A program made the position numbers and the translations under genes. Shown piece by piece: positions 17,306 to 25,461 of a DNA stretch of 64,000 nt (its first letter is position 1; every line of letters begins with the position of its first letter). A model generated the notes under the pieces. The model was not told the origin of the DNA. It searched no databases and saw only the letters and a program-made list of their open reading frames with translations. The DNA lies in the NCBI GenBank assembly GCA_028706715.1, contig JAQTVQ010000002.1, positions 3,510 through 67,509 of the forward strand. The letters are read 5' to 3'. The stretch is from Minisyncoccota bacterium. Lineage in GTDB: Bacteria; Patescibacteriota; Minisyncoccia; Minisyncoccales; JAQTVQ01.

Positions 17306-17689
17306 ATGCAAATAAAAATAAAAGGAAAAATTTATAACATTGAGGTTTTTGAACCGCAGAAGGGATCTGTTACGGTCAGGGTAAACGGCCAAGAATTTAA
17401 TTTCGGAGAAAAAAAGAATTCTTGCGGCCGCTTAAAAGAAAAAGGCAAAGGGAAAGGAACCTCCTCAAAAGAATCTAAAAAAGAAATAAAAGCCCCCATA
17501 ACGGGAGTTATTTCCAAGATATTTGCAAAAGAAGGAGATCCGATCCTTCCCGGACAAAAAATTTTAAATTTATGCGCTATGAAAATGGAAAACGAGATAG
17601 TGTCGGAGATAGAAGGAAAAATAAAAAAAGTCGCGGTTAAAGAGGGGCAGACGGTAAAGTCCAACGAACTGTTGGCGGAATTAGAATGA
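17306..17689 (+). CDS. accB: Biotin carboxyl carrier protein
   Basis: The C-terminal biotinyl domain carries the AMKM motif (LCAMKMENEI). Confidence 0.8.
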   Translation: MQIKIKGKIYNIEVFEPQKGSVTVRVNGQEFNFGEKKNSCGRLKEKGKGKGTSSKESKKEIKAPITGVISKIFAKEGDPILPGQKILNLCAMKMENEIVSEIEGKIKKVAVKEGQTVKSNELLAELE

Positions 17690-17728
17690 TTGCGTTATTT
17701 CCTAATTTTTAAGATAATTCAATAAAAA

Positions 17729-18277
17729 TTGAAAATTAAAACATCTATGGTCGTCAACTCTTTCCCTCTGCTAAATTCTACCAATATCAAAGCCAAAGAG
17801 CTCGCCCGGGAAGGAGCTGATCCTTGGACGGTTATTCTTGCAGAAGAACAGGCCGGCGGTTACGGCAAAGAAAAACGCCAATGGTTCTCGCCCAAAGGAG
17901 GATTGTATTTTTCAGTCATTCTTCCCAAAAGCGACATTAAGGATATCCAGATCTTAACCGTTCTAGCGGCTTTTTCCGTTGCGAGAATATTAAATGAAGA
18001 ATACAAAGTCCAAGCTTTAATCAAGCCGCCAAACGATATTTGGGTGAATAATAAGAAAATAGCCGGTATTTTAACGGAGAATATCATTGCCGGAGAAAAA
18101 GCGCAAAGTTCGGTTATAGGCATAGGGATAAACACGAATATTAAAAATTTCCCGAAAGATTTGGCTAATATCGCCGCTTCGCTTAAAATAGAAACAGGGC
18201 AAGAATCAGATAATAAAGATTTGATGAAAAAAATAACGGAAGAGCTTAAAAAGCAATTGGAAGCGATAAGCCAATAA
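17729..18277 (+). CDS. birA: Biotin--protein ligase, catalytic domain only
   Basis: ILAEEQAGGYGKEKRQWFSPKGGLYFSVIL matches the BPL signature (GRGRRGR.W.SP.G.LY.S). Confidence 0.6.
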   Translation: MKIKTSMVVNSFPLLNSTNIKAKELAREGADPWTVILAEEQAGGYGKEKRQWFSPKGGLYFSVILPKSDIKDIQILTVLAAFSVARILNEEYKVQALIKPPNDIWVNNKKIAGILTENIIAGEKAQSSVIGIGINTNIKNFPKDLANIAASLKIETGQESDNKDLMKKITEELKKQLEAISQ

Positions 18278-18367
18278 GCCGAATTAAAAATGCAAATATC
18301 AAAAATTAAAATGACAATGCAAAATGTTAAAATGATTGAAACGGAAATTTTATAATTTTACATTGTT

Positions 18368-18396
18368 ATTTTACCTGCCTGCCGGCAGGCAAGCAT
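18368..18396. promoter_or_regulatory. Conserved palindromic intergenic element, copy 2 (TTTTACCTGCCTGCCGGCAGGCAAGCATT). The core GCCTGCCGGCAGGC is a perfect 14-nt palindrome.
   Basis: Between birA and the carboxyltransferase start. Shares 22 nt with the copy at 14021..14045. Confidence 0.5.
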
Positions 18397-18418
18397 TTTG
18401 ATTTTTAAGTTATTTACT

Positions 18419-19957
18419 ATGTCTTTTGAAGAACAAATAAAAAAACTGGAACAAAAAACCGATGCTCTTGACTCTCCTGATTTTACCGTTAAGCAGCGTC
18501 AAAAAGGAAAGCTGACGGCAAGAGAAAGGATAGAAGCTCTCCTAGACAAAGACAGCTTTGTTGAACTTAATCCTTTCGCGCAATCCAGGTTTGACGATTT
18601 TGGAATGGACAAAAAGAAAGTTTCCGGAGATGCGGTCATTTCAGGCTTCGGCAAGATTAACGGACGGCAGGTCTGCCTTTACAGCCAAGACTTTTCAAAA
18701 ATAGGAGGATCTCTGGGAGAAATGCACGGACAAAAAATAATCAGCGTTCTAAAAATGGCTAGAGAAACCGGCTGTCCTTCAATCGGAATCATTGACAGCG
18801 GAGGAGCGCGCATCCAAGAAGGAATATCAAGCCTTGACGGCTATGCCGGAATCTTTAGAGAAATGATCAAATCTTCAGGAGTAATCCCTCAAATTTCCGT
18901 TATCCTGGGGCCTTCCGCCGGAGGAGCTTCTTACGCTCCGGGGCTCTCCGACTTTATTTTTATGGTTGAAGGAATTTCTCAAATGTATATTACCGGTCCG
19001 GAAGTAATTAAATCGGTAACCGGAGAAAAAATTTCTTTCAACGATCTCGGAGGAGCTTCCGTCCATGCTTTGCAGAGCGGATGCGCCCACTTTATTTTCC
19101 AAAACGAAAACGAATGTTTGGAAAATGTTAAGAAACTTTTAAGCTTCCTTCCTTCAAACAACTTGGAAAGCCCTTCCGCCGAAAAGCCCTGCGGCGCAAA
19201 AAACTCCTGCCCAAAGCTTTTGGAAATAGTGCCTGACGAAGAAGGGAAGGGATACGATATGAAAGAAGTGATTGAAGAAATTTTTGACCCGGATTCTTTT
19301 TTTGAAGTCCAAGAGGGTTTCGCTCCCAATTCAATTTCCGGTTTCGGCCGGCTGGGGGGATATGTTGTGGGAATTGCGGCCAACCAAGCCAAAACCATGG
19401 CCGGAACATTGGATGTCAATTCTTCGGATAAAATCGCCCGCTTTGTAAGATTCTGCGATTGTTTCAATATCCCAGTCATTAACTTGATTGACACTCCCGG
19501 ATATCTCCCGGGAACGGATCAAGAGCATAAAGGAATAATTCGGCACGGAGCGAAAATATTATACGCTTACGCCGAAGCCGGCGTTCCTAAAATAAGCTTG
19601 ATTTTAAGAAAAGCTTTCGGCGGAGCCTATATCGCTCTTGCGTCAAAAGAGCTTGGATATGACAAAGTCGTCGCATGGCCTTCGGCTCAAATAGGAGTAA
19701 TGGGCCCAAAGCAAGCTGTAAAAATTATTTTCCGCAAAGAGCTGGAAAAAAATCGGCACAATCCCGAATTTGAAAAAGAAAAAATTTCCGAGCTTTCCGA
19801 AACATTTTTAAGCCCGTGGCAGGCCGCCAAGCTTGGAAAGATAGACTTGATAATCAAGCCTCAAGAGACTAGAACCGTTTTGTTCAAGCTGTTGGAGTCT
19901 TTGCTTAATAAGCGCGGGAATAAAATCCCTAGAAAGCACGGGAATATTCCGCTATAA
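18419..19957 (+). CDS. Acyl-CoA carboxylase carboxyltransferase subunit (PccB/AccD5-like, fused beta-alpha carboxyltransferase)
   Basis: GKLTARERIEALLDKDSFVEL...ISGFGKINGRQVCLYSQDFSKIGGSLGE. Start taken at the ATG at 18419; the ORF track frame starts at a TTG at 18398. Confidence 0.8.
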   Translation: MSFEEQIKKLEQKTDALDSPDFTVKQRQKGKLTARERIEALLDKDSFVELNPFAQSRFDDFGMDKKKVSGDAVISGFGKINGRQVCLYSQDFSKIGGSLGEMHGQKIISVLKMARETGCPSIGIIDSGGARIQEGISSLDGYAGIFREMIKSSGVIPQISVILGPSAGGASYAPGLSDFIFMVEGISQMYITGPEVIKSVTGEKISFNDLGGASVHALQSGCAHFIFQNENECLENVKKLLSFLPSNNLESPSAEKPCGAKNSCPKLLEIVPDEEGKGYDMKEVIEEIFDPDSFFEVQEGFAPNSISGFGRLGGYVVGIAANQAKTMAGTLDVNSSDKIARFVRFCDCFNIPVINLIDTPGYLPGTDQEHKGIIRHGAKILYAYAEAGVPKISLILRKAFGGAYIALASKELGYDKVVAWPSAQIGVMGPKQAVKIIFRKELEKNRHNPEFEKEKISELSETFLSPWQAAKLGKIDLIIKPQETRTVLFKLLESLLNKRGNKIPRKHGNIPL

Positions 19958-19967
19958 TATTATTAAC

Positions 19968-20837
19968 ATGGCAAAAGTCAGCATTATTGTAGGCCAAAGC
20001 GCCTCTCTCTCCAAACAAATAATGGAAAAATATTCTTTGACAATGATTCCTTTTGTAGTTGACTGGAAGTCTGAAAAAAGCAACCTCAACCCGGAAAGCA
20101 TTTTCCAAAAGATGGCTGACGCCGAAGAAAACGGTTCGGAAGATTTGCCAAAAACCTCTCATCCGGCGCCATGGCTTTTTAAAAGCTTTTTTGAAGAAAA
20201 GCTTAAAAATTCCGATTCGGTTCTTTTTGTTTCTTTAAGTTCTAAGCTGTCAGCCACTTTTGAATCCGCCAACACCGGCAAAGAAATGCTCAATCCTTCC
20301 CTCAAGGAAAAAGTTTTTCTTTTTGACAGCCAGAATGTCAGCGCCGGAGAAGGATTGATCGCAATCAAAGCGGCAGAAATTATCGGACAAGGAAAATCAA
20401 TTCAAAAAGCCGTTGAAGAATTGCAGGATTTTAAACAAAAAATTTGTTCAGCGGCGATTGTTGAAAATATCAAATGGCTGGAAAAAGGCGGAAGGGCAAA
20501 AGGCTTGTCAAAACTTGCATTGCCTTTTTTGCAAAAAACGGGAGCGAATATCGTCCTTAAAATTAAAAACGGGAAGATAGAGCCGGCTATGCTGTCCCTA
20601 AAGAACAGCAACCAAGCCTCGGCGGTCTTTAATTTTTTTAAAAAAGACAAAAACAGGCAGAAAGCGCGAGTAGCGATAACTTATGCGCAGAACGAACAAG
20701 AAGCCAAAGACCTCAAAAATCTGATATTGAAAGAATTTCCCGAAACCGAGATAGCTTTCGTCTGTCCGATTGATAATATTATAGGGATACATACCGGTCC
20801 CAACGCCTTAATCTGCGCGTGGCATCCTTTGGAATGA
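19968..20837 (+). CDS. fakB: DegV-family fatty-acid-binding protein (FakB-like)
   Basis: SHPAPWLFKSFFEEKL...VSLSSKLSATFESA...FDSQNVSAGEGLIAIKAAE. Confidence 0.75.
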   Translation: MAKVSIIVGQSASLSKQIMEKYSLTMIPFVVDWKSEKSNLNPESIFQKMADAEENGSEDLPKTSHPAPWLFKSFFEEKLKNSDSVLFVSLSSKLSATFESANTGKEMLNPSLKEKVFLFDSQNVSAGEGLIAIKAAEIIGQGKSIQKAVEELQDFKQKICSAAIVENIKWLEKGGRAKGLSKLALPFLQKTGANIVLKIKNGKIEPAMLSLKNSNQASAVFNFFKKDKNRQKARVAITYAQNEQEAKDLKNLILKEFPETEIAFVCPIDNIIGIHTGPNALICAWHPLE

Positions 20838-20838
20838 T

Positions 20839-21498
20839 ATGCTTTTAAATTGTTATTTGCCAGCCGCTCTTATTTCTTATTTCCTCGGCTCAATTTCCGC
20901 CGCCGTTTTGGTTGGAAAGCTTTTTACCAAAAAAGATTTTCAGAAAGAGGGAAGCGGAAACCTTGGAGCCACCAACGCTTTGCGCATTGTCAGCAAAGAG
21001 AAGGGAAAAGCGTGGGGAGTTTTTGCTTTTCTTGCCGTTTTTCTTTTTGACGCCGGAAAGGCCGTCGCCGCATGCCTTATCTCTCTAAAAATTGTTCCCG
21101 ATTACAATATTGCTTTGACTTTAGCTGTTTTTTTCGCCGTTCTCGGACACAATTATTCCGTATTTCTAAAATTCCGCGGAGGAAGAGGAGCCGCATCTCT
21201 CCTCGGAGTCTTTTTGTTTTTTGACTGGCGCGTTTTCTTGGCATGGTTCGGAACTTTTTTAACAACAGCCTCCATCTTTGAAATAATTGAGAGCAAAAAA
21301 TTTGATAAAAAAACAATTGCCAGAGCCGCAAACCGCCAAATTATCGGCCGGCTTTTCGGAGAGGTATTTGCGCTCGTTCCCGTTTATTTTCTTAATCAGT
21401 CGCTTTTTTGGCCTTGTTTGCTCGCCACTCCGTTAATCCTGGTTCGGCACAAAGACAGGATAGAAAAACAGCTAAAGGAGATTGCAGAGAAAGATTAG
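20839..21498 (+). CDS. plsY: Glycerol-3-phosphate acyltransferase PlsY
   Basis: GSGNLGATNALRIVSKEKG...LGHNYSVFLKFRGGRGAASLLG. Confidence 0.8.
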   Translation: MLLNCYLPAALISYFLGSISAAVLVGKLFTKKDFQKEGSGNLGATNALRIVSKEKGKAWGVFAFLAVFLFDAGKAVAACLISLKIVPDYNIALTLAVFFAVLGHNYSVFLKFRGGRGAASLLGVFLFFDWRVFLAWFGTFLTTASIFEIIESKKFDKKTIARAANRQIIGRLFGEVFALVPVYFLNQSLFWPCLLATPLILVRHKDRIEKQLKEIAEKD

Positions 21499-21638
21499 GC
21501 CGCGAGCATAAATTTCTAAATCCAATAAGCATACCTCTTATTTAAAATCATCCAATCTCTGCCGGCGTTTCATTTTCTTTTAACGGTTAATTTATAGACT
21601 TTTTGGCTTTTTCTTGGTAAGATTTCCTTAGAAATCCA

Positions 21639-21711
21639 GCCCTCGTGGTGTAATGGATAACATGTCTGTCTTCGGAACAGAAGATTGCAGGTCCGACTCC
21701 TGCCGAGGGCA
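21639..21711 (+). tRNA. tRNA-Arg (anticodon TCG)
   Basis: Hand-folded. Acceptor GCCCTCG/CGAGGGC, anticodon stem TCTGT/ACAGA with loop CTTCGGA, T-stem GCAGG/CCTGC, discriminator A. Total 73 nt. Confidence 0.75.
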
Positions 21712-21816
21712 CGAAGAGAAAGCCACGTAAAAATCCGAAAGGATTTTGTATCGTGGCCGAGAGCGTGAAGAGAAAGAGAAAGTCTGCAAACCGCAAGCTA
21801 AGAAGCTATAAAGCAA

Positions 21817-22248
21817 ATGATATTGACTAAAAGTAAAAAAAGTTTCATTATCTTAGCAGGAGCCCTGTCTCTGTTTTTGTTTTTAGCGCCGAACGTATTG
21901 GCCGGAGGCCAAAACTGCCCGACCGAAGGGCTTGTTCCCTGCGGAACGGAAGGCTGTCCTTGCGAAATTTGCGATCTTTTCAAAATGATAAACGGGATTG
22001 TAAACTATATAATCACTGGCATAGTTCCTTTGATTGCCATATTGTTCGTGACTTACGGCGGATTTAAATATATTACCGCAGACGGCGATCCCGGAAAAAT
22101 AAAAGAAGCTAATGACGTTTTTACCGCCGCGATAATAGGATTGGTCATCATTTACGGCGCATGGATGGCCATAGGATTTGCTTTGAATTTAATCGGAGTC
22201 GCCGAGTGGACGGGACTGGGAAACTGGTACCAAATCAATTGCCCTTAA
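21817..22248 (+). CDS. Small secreted/membrane protein that resembles the T4SS-pilin (TrbC/VirB2-like) family reported in candidate phyla
   Basis: Signal peptide, a Cys-rich segment (CPTEGLVPCGTEGCPCEICD), then two hydrophobic helices (VPLIAILFVTYGGFKYITADGDPGKIKEAN ... IIGLVIIYGAWMAIG). Confidence 0.4.
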   Translation: MILTKSKKSFIILAGALSLFLFLAPNVLAGGQNCPTEGLVPCGTEGCPCEICDLFKMINGIVNYIITGIVPLIAILFVTYGGFKYITADGDPGKIKEANDVFTAAIIGLVIIYGAWMAIGFALNLIGVAEWTGLGNWYQINCP

Positions 22249-22255
22249 ATCCTTT

Positions 22256-22328
22256 GCCCTCATAGCTCAATTGGCAGAGCAGTTGCCTCTTAAGCAATTG
22301 GTTACAGGTTCAAGTCCTGTTGAGGGCA
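22256..22328 (+). tRNA. tRNA-Lys (anticodon CTT)
   Basis: Hand-folded. Acceptor GCCCTCA/TGAGGGC, anticodon loop CTCTTAA, T-arm ACAGG-TTCAAGT-CCTGT, discriminator A. Total 73 nt. Confidence 0.8.
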
Positions 22329-22329
22329 C

Positions 22330-22392
22330 AGAATGGAAATTTAAAATGTAAAAATCAAAATGTAAAATTATTGTATCGCTTCGCGACAATAT
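22330..22392. repeat. ~60-nt intergenic repeat element, copy B (inverted orientation), directly downstream of tRNA-Lys
   Basis: AATGGAAATTTAAAATGTAAAAATCAAAATGTAAAATTATTGTATCGCTTCGCGACAATATAT. Its reverse complement aligns with 7731..7790 and includes a conserved small hairpin (TCGC-GAA-GCGA versus ATCGC-AAA-GCGAT). Confidence 0.6.
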
Positions 22393-22520
22393 ATTACCCC
22401 GCGGAAGGGGATACCATAATTTTGCATTTTGATGTTTGAATTTTGCATTTTCGCGTCGAAATTTCCTCATGTTTATAACAGATTTAATAAATTCAGATTA
22501 CTAAATAATACAAAAACGAT

Positions 22521-22781
22521 ATGTTTAAACCAGAAGAAAAATTAAAAATTATAAACGATTATAAAATCCACGAAACCGATACCGGTTCAGTAGAAGTTCA
22601 AATCGCTTTGCTGACCGCTGATATCAAAAGACTGTTGGAACATTTTAAAATCCACAAAAAAGACCTTCATTCCAAAAGGGGGCTTTTAAAAATGGTGGCC
22701 AAAAGAAGAAAGCTTCTAAAAGTCTTGGCCAAAGAAGACGAAAAGAAGCACGATGCTCTTGTTAAAAAATTAGGGTTATAG
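22521..22781 (+). CDS. rpsO: 30S ribosomal protein S15
   Basis: TGSVEVQIALLTADIKRLLEHFKIHKKDLHSKRGLLKMVAKRRKLL. Confidence 0.9.
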   Translation: MFKPEEKLKIINDYKIHETDTGSVEVQIALLTADIKRLLEHFKIHKKDLHSKRGLLKMVAKRRKLLKVLAKEDEKKHDALVKKLGL

Positions 22782-22786
22782 AGCCA

Positions 22787-23293
22787 ATGTTAAAGCTAGG
22801 ACAAAAAGAACAAAGGGTGGCCGTGTTGATTGATGTTCAGAATATGTACTATTCGGCCAGAAACCTTTATCAAGCAAAAGTTAATTTTAACGAACTGCTT
22901 AAAAGCGCCGTCAACGGCCGGAAGCTTATCCGCGCCATTGCTTATGTTGTTAAAAGCGAAGGACAAGAATCCGATCCTTTTTTCAAGGCTCTTTCCCATA
23001 TCGGCATTGAGTTGAAAATGAAAGGCTTGCAGATTTTTCCGGGCGGACTTAAAAAGGGGGACTGGGATGTGGGAATCGCCATGGACGCGGTAAGGCTTAG
23101 CTCTTCCGTGGATAATATTGTGCTGGTTTCCGGAGACGGAGACTTTTTGCCGTTGATTGACTACATTAAAAACGCCACTCCCGTTTTTGTAGAAATAATG
23201 GGATTCGGGAGAACCACGTCCGGAAAGATTAAAGAAGCGGCTGACCGTTATTTTGATTTGGAAGAAAACAAAAAAAAGTACTTAATATCTTAA
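22787..23293 (+). CDS. NYN-domain (LabA/DUF88, PIN-like) protein
   Basis: RVAVLIDVQNMYYSA...IAYVV...DVGIAMDAV...IVLVSGDGDFLPLI. Confidence 0.65.
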   Translation: MLKLGQKEQRVAVLIDVQNMYYSARNLYQAKVNFNELLKSAVNGRKLIRAIAYVVKSEGQESDPFFKALSHIGIELKMKGLQIFPGGLKKGDWDVGIAMDAVRLSSSVDNIVLVSGDGDFLPLIDYIKNATPVFVEIMGFGRTTSGKIKEAADRYFDLEENKKKYLIS

Positions 23294-23297
23294 AATT

Positions 23298-25442
23298 ATG
23301 GAAGAAAAAATTTTTAAATTAGAAATCGGACCTAAAATCCTTGAAGTCAACACTCGGCCTCTCGCCAAGAACGCCAACGGATCGGTTTTGGTAAAATACG
23401 GCGACACGACTGTTTTGGCTACTTGCGTAATGTCCAAAAAACCGCTGGAAGGAATTGATTTTTTCCCTTTAACCGTTGAATATTCCGAGAGATACTACGC
23501 GGCTGGAAAAATTCTAGGATCTAGATTTATCCGCAGAGAAGGAAGGCCTACTGACGAGGCTGTTTTAATTTCCAGGATTATTGACCGCGCCCTGCGCCCG
23601 CTTTTCCCCAAAGACCTTAATTACGAAGTTCAAATAATCATTACTTGCCTTTCTTGGGACGGAGAAAATGATCCCGCAACATTGGGTCTTTTTGCCGCAT
23701 CTCTCGGCCTTTTGATTTCAGACATTCCATGGAACGGCCCGACGGCCGCCGTCCGCGTCTCTAAAAACGACCAAATGAAGCTTTTCCCGAATTATCAAGA
23801 AAGAGAAGAAAGCGTTTATGATTTAATAGCGGCCGGAGTTGATTCGGACAAAGGCGTTCTGATTAATATGATAGACGGCCAGGCGAAAGAGGCTTCCGAG
23901 CAGTCTATTTTTGAAGCTTTTGACTTTGCCAAACCTGAAATCAAAAAACTTCTTGACCTTCAAAAAGAAATTTGCGAAAAAATCGGAAAAGAAAAAATAA
24001 AAATAGAAGAAAAGCCTTCAGACAAAGATCTTGAAGAAAGCGTTAAAAAATTCCTTGCCGGTAAAATTGAGCAGGTCTTGACGACATCAACGGTCAAAGA
24101 CAATTTAAGCACCTACCAAGACTCTCCCGTAAGAGGAGGCGCGTGCAACGGATTCTCTTTGTCCGACCTTAAAAACGAGCTAAAAGACTTTCTGAAAGAC
24201 CAAGATCAGGAAAAGTTGAACTACGGAGTCAGCTTGTTTGAAAAGGAAATAGAAAAAACTTTTGAAGAAAATATTCTAAACAATGAAAAAAGGCCGGACG
24301 GCAGAAAGCTTGACCAAGTCAGGGATCTCTCCTGCGAAGTCGGATTGCTCCCCAGGACCCACGGATGCGGAATGTTTTCCCGCGGAGAGACAAGCGCCTT
24401 GTCTATCTTAACTTTAGGGTCTCCAAGCGACCATAAATTAATGGAAGGAATGGAAGTCAGAGGCAAAAAAAGATTTATGCACCATTATAATTTCCCTCCT
24501 TACTGCACAGGAGAAGTAAAACCGATCCGCGGAACCGGACGCAGGGAAATCGGGCATGGAATGCTTGGCGAAAAAGCAATATTGCCCATGATACCGGATA
24601 TTGAAGATTTTCCTTACACTATTAGAATCGTTTCAGAGGTTTTGTCTTCAAACGGATCTTCCTCAATGGCTTCAACCTGCGCCGCCAGCTTGGCTTTAAT
24701 GGACGCCGGAGTGCCCATTAAAAACCCGGTAGCCGGAATCGCGATGGGACTGGTAACCGATGGAGAAAAATATAAAATCTTAACCGACATCCAAGGCCCT
24801 GAAGACCATCACGGACATATGGACTTTAAAGTAGCCGGAACAAAAAACGGCGTTAACGCCATTCAGCTTGACGTAAAAACCTTGGGACTGACAAAAGAAA
24901 TACTGGAAGAAACAATGATTAAAGCAAAAAAAGCCCGCGAAGAAATCTTGGCTAAAATGCAATCCGTAATTGCGGAGCCTCGCAAAGAGCTCTCCCAGTA
25001 TGCCCCAAGAATATTTGTGTTCTCAATTAAACCGGAAAAAATAAGGGAAGTCATCGGATCGGGAGGAAAGGTGATAAATGAGATAATTGATACGTGCGGG
25101 GTGACGATAGACATTGAAGATTCCGGAAAAGTGTTTATCACCGGAGAGAAAGAGGAAGCGGCGAAGAAAGCTATGGACTGGATTAAAAATATCGTCAGAG
25201 AAGTAAAGGCGGGAGAGTTTTTCCCCCAAGGAAAAGTAAAAAGAATTTTGGATTTCGGAGCCTTCGTTGAGATACTGCCCGGACAAGAAGGAATGGTCCA
25301 CATTTCCCAGCTGGCAGACCGGCGAGTAGAAAAAGTTACGGACGTAGTAAGCGTCGGAGACATTATTCCGGTTAAAGTCATTTCTATTGACCAACAGGGC
25401 AGAATCAATTTATCATTAAAAGAAGCTAAGAATAAAAATTAA
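23298..25442 (+). CDS. pnp: Polynucleotide phosphorylase
   Basis: 714 aa. RNase PH-like repeats (GRPTDEAVLISRIIDRALRPLFP) plus C-terminal KH and S1 domains. Confidence 0.9.
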   Translation: MEEKIFKLEIGPKILEVNTRPLAKNANGSVLVKYGDTTVLATCVMSKKPLEGIDFFPLTVEYSERYYAAGKILGSRFIRREGRPTDEAVLISRIIDRALRPLFPKDLNYEVQIIITCLSWDGENDPATLGLFAASLGLLISDIPWNGPTAAVRVSKNDQMKLFPNYQEREESVYDLIAAGVDSDKGVLINMIDGQAKEASEQSIFEAFDFAKPEIKKLLDLQKEICEKIGKEKIKIEEKPSDKDLEESVKKFLAGKIEQVLTTSTVKDNLSTYQDSPVRGGACNGFSLSDLKNELKDFLKDQDQEKLNYGVSLFEKEIEKTFEENILNNEKRPDGRKLDQVRDLSCEVGLLPRTHGCGMFSRGETSALSILTLGSPSDHKLMEGMEVRGKKRFMHHYNFPPYCTGEVKPIRGTGRREIGHGMLGEKAILPMIPDIEDFPYTIRIVSEVLSSNGSSSMASTCAASLALMDAGVPIKNPVAGIAMGLVTDGEKYKILTDIQGPEDHHGHMDFKVAGTKNGVNAIQLDVKTLGLTKEILEETMIKAKKAREEILAKMQSVIAEPRKELSQYAPRIFVFSIKPEKIREVIGSGGKVINEIIDTCGVTIDIEDSGKVFITGEKEEAAKKAMDWIKNIVREVKAGEFFPQGKVKRILDFGAFVEILPGQEGMVHISQLADRRVEKVTDVVSVGDIIPVKVISIDQQGRINLSLKEAKNKN

Positions 25443-25461
25443 TCTAAAATCGGCGGCTTCC

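Noticed and set aside
24863-25408. 181-aa and 123-aa minus-strand ORFs inside pnp
   Set aside because: Antisense to the conserved PNPase KH/S1 region. Shadow ORFs.
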